From an uncultured Candidatus Bathyarchaeia archaeon (lineage in GTDB: Archaea > Thermoproteota > Bathyarchaeia > Hecatellales > Hecatellaceae), in NCBI GenBank assembly GCA_964569845.1, contig CAZMUQ010000001.1:3994-67993 (forward strand): a stretch of DNA of 64,000 nt, read 5' to 3'. Both the position numbers and the translations under genes were made by a program. This document shows, in pieces, positions 56,229 to 64,000 of the stretch. Within the stretch, counting starts at the first letter, position 1. Every line of letters starts with the position of its first letter. Under the pieces are notes generated by a model. The model was given only the letters and a program-made list of their open reading frames with translations, made no database searches and was not told where the DNA came from.

Positions 56229-57248
56229 TTAAACCTTGATTATACTCTCCTTTATGGTAAGTAAATCTCTTAAAACTGCACTTGCAGTTTCAATTCCACC
56301 TGCACCCTTACCAATAATAGTTTCTTCACCAGCATATTTAGAGATAAACGTTACCGCATTAAGTGTACCACCAACACATAATGGATGTGTTTTTGAGATT
56401 GGTTGAGGTTTAACTTCAAGTTTATTATTTTCAGCTGAAGCTATAAGCTTAATTTCACAATTCTGCTTTAATGCATCTTCCACATCATCTAATGTGATAC
56501 CTCTAATACCTTTTACCTTAACATCTTGTAATACAGCTTTAGTACCTAAAACCCAGTTAGCTAAGATTACAAGTTTGCATGCAGAATCCCATCCATCAAT
56601 ATCTAGGGATGGGTCAGCCTCAGCATATCCTGCTTTTTGAGCCTCTAAAAGAGCTTCTTCAAAAGAAACTTTATCAGTGGTCATTCTTGTAAGAATATAG
56701 TTTGTTGTTCCGTTTAGAATACCTTTAAATGAGGTTATGTAATCTCCAAGCAAACATTTTTTGGCGAAATCTAGGATAGGGGTGCCGCCACCAACACATC
56801 CACTAAATCTAAGGAAAAGGTTGTTATATTTTGCAAGCTCCATTAATGCTGGAAAAGCTAAAGCTAGTGGACCCTTGTTGGTTGTTACAACATGTCTTCC
56901 CATCTTTAGGGCAGTTTTAATATGAGTTAATCCTGGTTCCCCATTAACAATGTTTGTTGGAGTTACTTCAACAACAACTTCAGCATCAACTTCCTCTATT
57001 ACCCTATTAGCATCCAAATCTTTTACACCAAACTTATCAACATATGCAACTGAACCTTTTTGATGCTTCACCTTTAACGCATACTCTATGTTAACTCCTC
57101 TTCTATTTATTACAGCTCCACCTTTATCAGCAATAGCGACAATTCTAGGGTAAAATCTGAATTTTTCAACTAACTCTTCGGACCTTTCAATAATCATTCT
57201 AGAAAAATTTTGACCCACAACTCCAAATCCAACTAAAATTATTCTCAA
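56229..57248 (-). CDS. hom: homoserine dehydrogenase
   Basis: It has an N-terminal NAD(P)-binding domain (MRIILVGFGVVGQ) and a catalytic domain with the Lys region GILNGTTNYIL. Confidence 0.85.
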   Translation of the reverse strand: MRIILVGFGVVGQNFSRMIIERSEELVEKFRFYPRIVAIADKGGAVINRRGVNIEYALKVKHQKGSVAYVDKFGVKDLDANRVIEEVDAEVVVEVTPTNIVNGEPGLTHIKTALKMGRHVVTTNKGPLALAFPALMELAKYNNLFLRFSGCVGGGTPILDFAKKCLLGDYITSFKGILNGTTNYILTRMTTDKVSFEEALLEAQKAGYAEADPSLDIDGWDSACKLVILANWVLGTKAVLQDVKVKGIRGITLDDVEDALKQNCEIKLIASAENNKLEVKPQPISKTHPLCVGGTLNAVTFISKYAGEETIIGKGAGGIETASAVLRDLLTIKESIIKV

Positions 57249-57260
57249 TCCTCTAACCTC

Positions 57261-58487
57261 TTACTTTTCCAAAATTTTCTTAAATTCTTCAAAGTTAACA
57301 TTAATTTTCACAGTTTTTCCTCCAAGAAGTTTTACAGGTGTATCAGGATCTTTTAAACCATGACCTGTTGCAACACAAACAATAGTTTCGTCTCTACTTA
57401 TCCTTCCATTTTCAACAAGCTTTTTTAAACCTGCAATTGAGGATGCACTTGCAGGCTCAACAAACAATCCTTCAAGTTTAGCTAATTTTCTTTGAGCTTC
57501 TAAAATTTCTGCATCTGTAACAATTTCAGCTCCACCATTGGATTGTTTGATAGCATTTATAGCTTTTTTCCAATTTACAGGTGAACCTATTCTTATAGCT
57601 GTAGCAATAGTTTCAGGGTTAAGTATAGGTTTAATAGTTTCCTCGCCATTTTTTACAGCTTTTGCTATAGGAGCGGCTCCCTCAGCTTGGACACCAAACA
57701 TTTTTGGTAATTTTTCTGCTAAATTTAATTTCTTAAGCTCAAAAAATCCTTTCCATATTGCACTTATATTTCCTGCATTTCCAACAGGAACAATAACATT
57801 ATCAGGAATTAAACCTTTAAGTTGGTCTACAACCTCAAATGCTAAAGTTTTTTGTCCCTCAAGTCTGTAGGGATTAACAGAGTTGAGAAGGTAGATATCT
57901 CCCCTTTCAAGTGAAAGCTTAAAAACCATTTTTAATGCATCATCAAAATTTCCAGAAATCTGAATAATTTTTGCATCATAAACAATGGCCTGAGCAAGTT
58001 TACCGTAAGCTATTTTTCCAGCAGGTATTACAACTATGCACTTAATTCCAGCTTTTGCAGCATAAGCTGAAAGAGATGCTGAAGTATTTCCCGTTGAGGC
58101 ACAAACAACAGCTTTAACTCCATACTCTAACGCTTTTGTTATACCAACAGTCATTCCCCTATCTTTAAATGAACCAGTGGGATTTTCTCCCTCATTTTTT
58201 AGGTATAACTTTTTAACCCCAATTTCTTTTTCAAGCCTAGCACATCTGTAAAGTCCGGTTCCACCTTCTCCTAAACTAACAACCTTAGATTCATCAATAA
58301 TTGGTAAAAGCTCCTTATATCTCCAAACAGATAATACACGCTTTTTCCATTTTGAAAACTTAATTTTTTGGCTTAATTCATCATAGTTGTACACTACAGT
58401 TAAAAGATCTCCGCATTTTTTACAGGTATAAACTATGTCCAAATGGCTATATTTTTCATTGCAATTTATGCATTCAAGGTAAAACAA
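57261..58487 (-). CDS. thrC: threonine synthase (archaeal form with an N-terminal zinc ribbon)
   Basis: It has an N-terminal zinc ribbon (CINCNEKY…CKKCGD) and a PLP fold-type II core with the Lys motif (GSFKDRG). Confidence 0.9.
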   Translation of the reverse strand: MFYLECINCNEKYSHLDIVYTCKKCGDLLTVVYNYDELSQKIKFSKWKKRVLSVWRYKELLPIIDESKVVSLGEGGTGLYRCARLEKEIGVKKLYLKNEGENPTGSFKDRGMTVGITKALEYGVKAVVCASTGNTSASLSAYAAKAGIKCIVVIPAGKIAYGKLAQAIVYDAKIIQISGNFDDALKMVFKLSLERGDIYLLNSVNPYRLEGQKTLAFEVVDQLKGLIPDNVIVPVGNAGNISAIWKGFFELKKLNLAEKLPKMFGVQAEGAAPIAKAVKNGEETIKPILNPETIATAIRIGSPVNWKKAINAIKQSNGGAEIVTDAEILEAQRKLAKLEGLFVEPASASSIAGLKKLVENGRISRDETIVCVATGHGLKDPDTPVKLLGGKTVKINVNFEEFKKILEK

Positions 58488-58638
58488 TTTTTAGGAGACC
58501 TCATATATCCATAATTACTACATTTAACTTAACCTTTTGATTCACTTCTTTATTGATAACCTTTACCACATAAAACAAAAAGTTTAACTGTTAAAATTTA
58601 AGTTTAGTTTAGATTATACTTTAAGGGGTAGAATTTAA

Positions 58639-59922
58639 ATGGTAAAGATGCGTAGAGAAGGTTTCAACTATATAAGGAAGCTTGCAAAGATGCATCATGA
58701 GTGGAGAAGTGAATGCATAAATCTTATTGCAAGTGAAAATATTACAAGTTTAGCTGTTAGAGAACTTTTAGCATCTGATTTTTCCCATAGATATGCTGAA
58801 GGAGAACCATTTAGCAGGCTTTACGGTGGAACAAAATATATAGATTTAATTGAGGATTTTGCCAAAAAAAAGTTAAAGAAGGTTTTTGGTGCTGAATACG
58901 TAAATTTGAAACCTTTATCGGGCTCCCAAGCAAACTTAGCAGTAATATATGCTTTAACAAATCCTGGAGAAACTATAATTACCCTATCCTTGGTTGATGG
59001 AGGACATATCAGTTGCATGGATTTTGGTGGAGCTGGCTTAAGAAATCTTAAAGTTGAAACTTTAGCTTTTGATAAAAAAGAAATAAATATTGATGTTGAT
59101 GCTTCAATAAAAAAGATTATGGAAGTAAAACCATCCTTATGTTTCCTTGGTGGTAGTGTAATACTTTTCCCTCAACCAGTAAAAGAAATTAAAAATGCTC
59201 TAAATGAAGTTGGAGGAAATCTTGTTTATGATGCTTCTCATGTTTTAGGGTTAATAGCTGGTAAACAATTTCAAGATCCGTTGAAAGAAGGATCCGATAT
59301 TGTTACAAGTAGCACCCATAAAACTTTTCCAGGTCCCCAAGGTGGAGTAATATTTTGCAAAAGCACTTTAGCTGAAAAAATTGATAAAGCAGTTTTTCCA
59401 GGTCTTGTAAGTAACCACCATCTTCACCATATAGCTGCATTAGCTGTATCCCTTTTAGAGGTTGAAAAGTTTGGTGTAAATTATGCTAAACAAATTATAA
59501 AAAATGCTAAAGCACTAGCCGAATCATTATATAACGATGGTTTTAATGTTGTTGCCGCCCATAAAGGTTTTACTGAAACACATCAAATTTTAGTTGATGT
59601 ATCAAAATTTGGCGGAGGAAATACTGTTTCTACACTATTAGAGAAATCAAATATAATTTGCAACAAAAATCTTCTACCTTGGGATAATCCTAAGGAGATA
59701 GATAATCCTAGTGGAATAAGGCTTGGAACAGCAGAATTAACAAGGTTAGGGTTAAAAGAGGAAGATATGGTTGAAATTTCAAAATTTATAAGGCAAGTTA
59801 TAATTGAGAAAAGAAATCCTGCTACAATTGCGAAAAAAGTTAAAAATTTTATGAAAAATTTCCGTAAAATTCATTACTCATTTAAGAAAGACTTAGCCTA
59901 TAAGTACATAAACTTTTATTAA
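58639..59922 (+). CDS. glyA: serine hydroxymethyltransferase
   Basis: The PLP-Lys region is TSSTHKTFPGPQGG, and the SHMT fold is present. It is 427 aa long. Confidence 0.9.
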   Translation: MVKMRREGFNYIRKLAKMHHEWRSECINLIASENITSLAVRELLASDFSHRYAEGEPFSRLYGGTKYIDLIEDFAKKKLKKVFGAEYVNLKPLSGSQANLAVIYALTNPGETIITLSLVDGGHISCMDFGGAGLRNLKVETLAFDKKEINIDVDASIKKIMEVKPSLCFLGGSVILFPQPVKEIKNALNEVGGNLVYDASHVLGLIAGKQFQDPLKEGSDIVTSSTHKTFPGPQGGVIFCKSTLAEKIDKAVFPGLVSNHHLHHIAALAVSLLEVEKFGVNYAKQIIKNAKALAESLYNDGFNVVAAHKGFTETHQILVDVSKFGGGNTVSTLLEKSNIICNKNLLPWDNPKEIDNPSGIRLGTAELTRLGLKEEDMVEISKFIRQVIIEKRNPATIAKKVKNFMKNFRKIHYSFKKDLAYKYINFY

Positions 59923-59948
59923 TTTAGTAAAAATTAGGGTAGTTTAGG

Positions 59949-60185
59949 ATGAACATGAAAAAGAAACTTGAGATTGTTAAGAAAGCTTTAGAGGACGATT
60001 TTCATAGAAAATGTTATTTTTGCGAATTTTCAACAGCCCCTCCACCGTATGATTACCCTCCCCAAATAGTTTTTTGTAAGCTAACAGGGAAAAAAGTTAA
60101 CATTAATGATTCCTGTGAAAAATGGCAAATAAGTAGTAATCTTGTAAAAATGATAGCTTTAAAAACAAACATTTTTAAAAGTTAG
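59949..60185 (+). CDS. small Cys-containing protein (possible zinc ribbon), hypothetical
   Basis: 78 aa with CYFCEF…FCKL…SCEKW. No family was recognised. Confidence 0.3.
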   Translation: MNMKKKLEIVKKALEDDFHRKCYFCEFSTAPPPYDYPPQIVFCKLTGKKVNINDSCEKWQISSNLVKMIALKTNIFKS

Positions 60186-60299
60186 TTAAGGTTGTTTTAA
60201 CCTAACCATCTAATCATACTTGGAAAACCGTAAGGTATTAATTTTTGACGATATTAAGAATCTAAGTAATATTACAAAATTAAGGAGGTGACGCTCTAA

Positions 60300-61625
60300 A
60301 TGAGTGAACCCGTAATCGTTGAGGCTGTAAGGACTCCTATAGGTGCTTTTGGAGGTTCTTTGAGAGATATTCCGGTTGTTGAGCTTGGAAAAATTGTCAT
60401 TAGAGAAGTTTTAAGAAGAGCTGGTGTAAGACCGATAATCCCGGAGGATTTAGTAAAAATAAGGCCAAGTATTCTAAGAGACCTTAAAAAGTATAAAATT
60501 GAGGAGAAGTATATGCAATGGGATGAGAATCTTCAACCAATAAACATTGATGAAGTTATTATGGGGCATGTTCTTCAGGGAGGACAAGGTCAAAATACTT
60601 GTAGGCAGGCTAGTATTAAAGCAGGAATACCTTGTGATGTTCCAGCGTACACTATAAATAAAGTTTGTGCTTCAGGTATGAAGGCTATAGCTTTAGCTGC
60701 TCAAGCAATAAAAAGTGGAGAAGCTGAAGCAATTATAGCTGGAGGTATGGAAAATATGAGTAACACTCCATACGCATTACCAAAAGCACGATGGGGTTAT
60801 AGGATGGATATAGGCGCAAAAGCTGAAGCACTTGACCTTATGGTTTTTGATGGACTCTGGGAAATCCTCTATGGCTACCATATGGGTGTTACCGCTGAAA
60901 ATATTGCTAGAAAATATAATATTTCAAGGCGTGAACAAGATGAATTAGGAGCTGAAAGCCATCATAGAGCCTTAAAAGCTACAAGAGAAGGCATATTCAA
61001 GAAGGAAATAGTACCTGTAGAAATTCCACAGAGGAAAGGGCCACCTAAAATTTTTGATTTTGATGAAAGACCTATGGAAACAAGTGTTGAAAAAATGAGT
61101 AAGCTTCCTCCAGCTTTCATGGAGGATGGAACTGTTACTGCAGGAAATGCTTCTGGCATAAATGATGGAGCAGCTGCCTTACTTATTACCTCTAGAAAAT
61201 TTGCGGAGGAACATAACTTAAAAATTAGAGCAACTATAAAAGGTTGGGCTTCAGGCGCTTTGGACCCACAATATATGGGTCTTGGTCCAGTGGTTGCAAC
61301 TCGGAAACTTCTTAAAAAGTTGGGTTATACAATTAAGGATATGGATTTAATAGAACTTAATGAAGCTTTTGCATCTCAAGCTATCGCATGCATGAAGGAA
61401 CTAGGTATTCCAAGATATGGTGAAAGTCAAGAATATTGTGAACCTGGATGTGAGAATGTTAACCCAAATGGTTCTGGAATATCACTTGGGCATCCTATTG
61501 GTTGTACAGGAGCTCGATTAATAGTAACTTTGCTTCATGAAATGGAAAGAAGAGATGTTCATAGAGGTCTTGCAACTCTCTGCATAGGTGGAGGAGCAGG
61601 AATGGCAATGATAATGGAAAGATAG
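60300..61625 (+). CDS. acetyl-CoA C-acetyltransferase (biosynthetic thiolase II type)
   Basis: It has the N-terminal VIVEAVRTPIGAFGG segment, the active-site Cys region NKVCASGMKA, a C-terminal GHPIGCTGAR region and the CIGGGAGMAM segment. A strong RBS GGAGGTGA lies upstream. Confidence 0.9.
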   Translation: MSEPVIVEAVRTPIGAFGGSLRDIPVVELGKIVIREVLRRAGVRPIIPEDLVKIRPSILRDLKKYKIEEKYMQWDENLQPINIDEVIMGHVLQGGQGQNTCRQASIKAGIPCDVPAYTINKVCASGMKAIALAAQAIKSGEAEAIIAGGMENMSNTPYALPKARWGYRMDIGAKAEALDLMVFDGLWEILYGYHMGVTAENIARKYNISRREQDELGAESHHRALKATREGIFKKEIVPVEIPQRKGPPKIFDFDERPMETSVEKMSKLPPAFMEDGTVTAGNASGINDGAAALLITSRKFAEEHNLKIRATIKGWASGALDPQYMGLGPVVATRKLLKKLGYTIKDMDLIELNEAFASQAIACMKELGIPRYGESQEYCEPGCENVNPNGSGISLGHPIGCTGARLIVTLLHEMERRDVHRGLATLCIGGGAGMAMIMER

Positions 61626-61761
61626 ATTCAATGTTCAACTTAAAAACAAAAATTTTACTTAGTGGTAAAATTTAACCATTCTAAATCTCATTTCTATATA
61701 TTCATAAACTTTTTTAGAGTTTACCTATACCTTTCTTAGGATATTTTAGGGGTAAATATCT

Positions 61762-62853
61762 ATGAGGGTTAGGAGCATCCTTAAAGGATTTAAACCATAT
61801 AGCTGGGAAACATCTCCTGTTGAAGTTGTAAAAAAGTTTGGTTTAAGTATAGATAAGATTCTTAGGTTTGATACAAATACTATGCCCTTAATTCCCAAAG
61901 AAATTATAGAGGAGTTTAAATCAGCAATTCAGAATATCAAAATTAATGAATATCCTGATCCTTCCTATATGGAGTTAAGAGAAGCATTATCAAATTACCT
62001 TAAAAAGGATGTTGATGAAATTTGTATAACAGCTGGTTGCGATGAAGCTTTAGATATTATAAGCAAAGTTTTTGTTGAACCTGAAACAAATGTTATTATT
62101 TCAAGCCCAACGTATGCTATGTATAGAATTGTTGTCGAAGCAATGGGTGGAAAAATTGTTGAAGTTTTAAGAAAAAAGGATTTTTCAGATGATGTTGAGA
62201 AAATCATAGAAATTGTGGATGAAAATACACGAATGATATTTATCTGCAATCCAAATAATCCAACTGGAAATCTAACACCTAAGAACGATATTATCAGATT
62301 ACTTAAAGATTTCCCCGAAATACCTGTTATTGTTGATGAATCCTACGCTGAATTTGCTGGTGAAAGTTTGATAAAATTTACCAATGATTATGAGAATCTA
62401 ATAATACTCAGAACATTTTCAAAGGCATTTTCCTTAGCTGGTGCAAGAGTTGGCTACATTATTGCCAATGCTAAAACCATCAAGATTTTGAATATTATGC
62501 GTCCTCCAAATAGCTTAAGTGTTCCATCACTTACACTTGCAAATATTGCGTTAAAGCATCTTGATATCATCAGAAGAAATATTGAGTATATTTTAAGCGA
62601 AAAAGAATGGTTGATGAAGGCATTTAAAAATATAAAATGTGTTGAAGCCTACCCTTCTTACACAAACTTTATCCTTGTTAGATTTAAAGATTTAAATGTT
62701 CATGATGTTTATGAGAAGCTTCTTAGACAGGGAATAATCACAAGGAATGTAAGCGATATGCCTATGCTTGAAAATTGTCTAAGAATTACTGTTAGAACTA
62801 GGGAAGAAAATAACTTTTTAGTTGAAAATTTAAAGAATATTTGTTATGGGTAG
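61762..62853 (+). CDS. hisC: histidinol-phosphate aminotransferase (class II aminotransferase)
   Basis: 363 aa. The PLP-Lys region is ILRTFSKAFSLAGARVGY, and the N-terminus is LRFDTNTMPLIPKE. Confidence 0.85.
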   Translation: MRVRSILKGFKPYSWETSPVEVVKKFGLSIDKILRFDTNTMPLIPKEIIEEFKSAIQNIKINEYPDPSYMELREALSNYLKKDVDEICITAGCDEALDIISKVFVEPETNVIISSPTYAMYRIVVEAMGGKIVEVLRKKDFSDDVEKIIEIVDENTRMIFICNPNNPTGNLTPKNDIIRLLKDFPEIPVIVDESYAEFAGESLIKFTNDYENLIILRTFSKAFSLAGARVGYIIANAKTIKILNIMRPPNSLSVPSLTLANIALKHLDIIRRNIEYILSEKEWLMKAFKNIKCVEAYPSYTNFILVRFKDLNVHDVYEKLLRQGIITRNVSDMPMLENCLRITVRTREENNFLVENLKNICYG

Positions 62854-62858
62854 TAAAA

Positions 62859-63140
62859 ATGGCGGAAATAGAGAGTAAAGTTGTTATAATTGCTATTGGT
62901 AAAGATAAACCTGGACTTGTTGCAAATGTCACCTCGGTGGTTTCAGAATTAATGGGAAATATTGAGGAACTTGACCAGGTAGTACTTCAAGGTATATTTA
63001 TAATGTCAATGATCGTGAAGCTTTTAAATCTAAATTCAAGTAAAAAATTAAACGAGTTGACCAGTAAACTTAGTAAGCAGGGAGAAAAGATAGGTTTAAA
63101 AATTCATGTTTACCCTGTAAAAACCCTTATTTCAGCTTAG
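62859..63140 (+). CDS. stand-alone ACT-domain protein
   Basis: It reads MAEIESKVVIIAIGKDKPGLVANVTSVVSELMGNIEEL…, a beta-alpha-beta-beta-alpha-beta ACT pattern. The track ORF starts 18 nt earlier, inside hisC. Confidence 0.6.
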   Translation: MAEIESKVVIIAIGKDKPGLVANVTSVVSELMGNIEELDQVVLQGIFIMSMIVKLLNLNSSKKLNELTSKLSKQGEKIGLKIHVYPVKTLISA

Positions 63141-63149
63141 GTTTGGCTT

Positions 63150-64000
63150 ATGAAGAAACGTACAATAATAGTTACAACTGTTGGCAGAGATAGACCAGGA
63201 ATTGTTGCCGGAATATCCAAAATTCTCTACAAGTATAATGCAAATATTTTAAAGAGTAGAGCGTCGATTCTTGGAGAAATGTTTGCTATGGTTATGGTTG
63301 TTGATGTTTCAAATATAAGTGTAAGCTTAACTAAGCTTCTATCAGAGTTAAAAGATGAGGGAGTAAAATTAGGTTCTGGAATATCAGTTGAAGATGAAAA
63401 AACATATAGAGAGAAGAAAAAAATTATAGCTTTTGATATGGATGGAACCTTAGTAAACATGGAAATTATTGATGAAATGGCTAAACTTGCAGGTGTCGAA
63501 GATAAGGTTAAAGATATTACAAGAAAAGCTATGGAAGGAAAAATAAGTTTTAAAGAAGCTTTAGCTGAGAGAGTTTCTCTTCTTAAGGGTCTTCCCTTAA
63601 GTAAGCTTGAAAAATTAAAGAATAAATTAGAGTTATCTGTTGGTGTTCAAGACCTTATCGGAGAACTTAAAAAAGCAGGATTTGTAATAGCAATTATTAC
63701 TGGTGGGTTTGATATTTTTGCTAATTATATTGCTGAAAAACTTGGAGTAAAGTATGTTTATGCAAACAAATTAGAAGTTAAAAATGGCATTTTAACTGGG
63801 AGATTTAAAGGTAACATTTTAAGCCCTGAAGATAAGCTTAAAGCCCTTATAGATATTGCAAAAAAGGAAAAAGTAAGCTTAAGTAAATGTATAGCTATTG
63901 GAGATGGTGCTAATGATATTCTTTTACTTAAAAAATCCGGCTTAGGCATAGGCTATAAACCAAAAAAAGTTGTTAAGCAACATATTAACACGCTTATTGG
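63150..64000 (+). CDS. serB: phosphoserine phosphatase (HAD family) with an N-terminal ACT-like domain; 3' end truncated by the window edge
   Basis: The N-terminal ACT-like segment is MKKRTIIVTTVGRDRPGIVAGISKIL. HAD motif I is IAFDMDGTL. The …GDGANDILLLKKSGLGI motif is typical of SerB. No stop codon occurs before the window end. Confidence 0.8.
   Translation, partial: MKKRTIIVTTVGRDRPGIVAGISKILYKYNANILKSRASILGEMFAMVMVVDVSNISVSLTKLLSELKDEGVKLGSGISVEDEKTYREKKKIIAFDMDGTLVNMEIIDEMAKLAGVEDKVKDITRKAMEGKISFKEALAERVSLLKGLPLSKLEKLKNKLELSVGVQDLIGELKKAGFVIAIITGGFDIFANYIAEKLGVKYVYANKLEVKNGILTGRFKGNILSPEDKLKALIDIAKKEKVSLSKCIAIGDGANDILLLKKSGLGIGYKPKKVVKQHINTLI

Noticed and set aside
1-64000. Searched by eye for CRISPR arrays, tRNA/rRNA genes, inteins and an alternative genetic code
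   Set aside because: No regularly spaced direct repeats were found, and no GC-rich cloverleaf candidates in intergenic gaps. The large conserved proteins (HypF, PurL, ThrRS, PyrG) have normal lengths with no intein-sized insertions. Conserved genes terminate at ordinary TAA/TGA/TAG codons, with no in-frame stops inside conserved domains.

Overview
This 64-kb window looks like archaeal chromosomal DNA of low GC content (roughly 30-35%). Coding density is high and genes are arranged in operon-like blocks. I found no rRNA genes, no tRNA genes and no CRISPR array.

The archaeal assignment rests on several genes: LysW-mediated lysine/arginine (aminoadipate-carrier) biosynthesis genes, an archaeal-type threonyl-tRNA synthetase, ribosomal protein eS26, an Sm-like archaeal protein, an archaeal-type S-adenosylmethionine synthetase, a RIO2 kinase, the F420-glutamyl ligase CofE, and a PbaB-like PAC2 protein.

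Main blocks, in order along the window:
1. 1-984: a 5'-truncated PIN-domain gene, a possible tyrosine-recombinase C-terminal fragment, and a long AT-rich spacer with a nested inverted repeat.
2. About 4.2-11.1 kb: a complete [NiFe]-hydrogenase maturation cluster (hypE, hypD, hypA, hypB, hypC, hypF) that also contains a GalT/HIT-family nucleotidyltransferase gene. purT lies next to it.
3. About 11.2-18.3 kb: the most accessory-looking region. It holds a small methyltransferase, a Cx6C-repeat cysteine-rich protein co-transcribed with a PAC2/HbYX protein, an NfeD-stomatin pair, a DUF429 protein with a cysteine-cluster insert, a candidate C/D-box sRNA, a radical SAM protein with Cx4Cx2C spacing, and a two-transmembrane protein with an extracellular domain and a cytoplasmic winged-helix domain.
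4. About 18.3-27.4 kb: a de novo purine operon (purC, purS, purQ, purL, purF, a second purF paralog lacking the nucleophile cysteine, a CYTH gene, purD, purE).
5. About 27.7-37 kb: a salvage/nucleotide cluster (ade, hpt, mtnP, purA, pyrG) with Sm, archaeal SAM synthetase, RIO2 and a diphthine-ammonia-ligase-like ATPase.
6. Next come the aminoacyl-tRNA synthetase genes proS and thrS, eS26, a PadR regulator, a CDP-alcohol phosphatidyltransferase and cofE.
7. A LysW-pathway cluster (lysJ, lysZ, lysY, lysX, lysW). A thiolase-like/DUF35 gene pair sits inside it. The lysW gene is shorter than 60 codons, so it is absent from the ORF track.
8. A his block (hisA, hisB, hisD, hisE, hisI, a PHP-family phosphatase), then aspartate kinase, homoserine dehydrogenase, threonine synthase, glyA, a bacterial-type thiolase, hisC, an ACT-domain protein and a 3'-truncated serB.

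All functional calls are inferred from motifs recognisable in the translated ORFs. No database search was possible.
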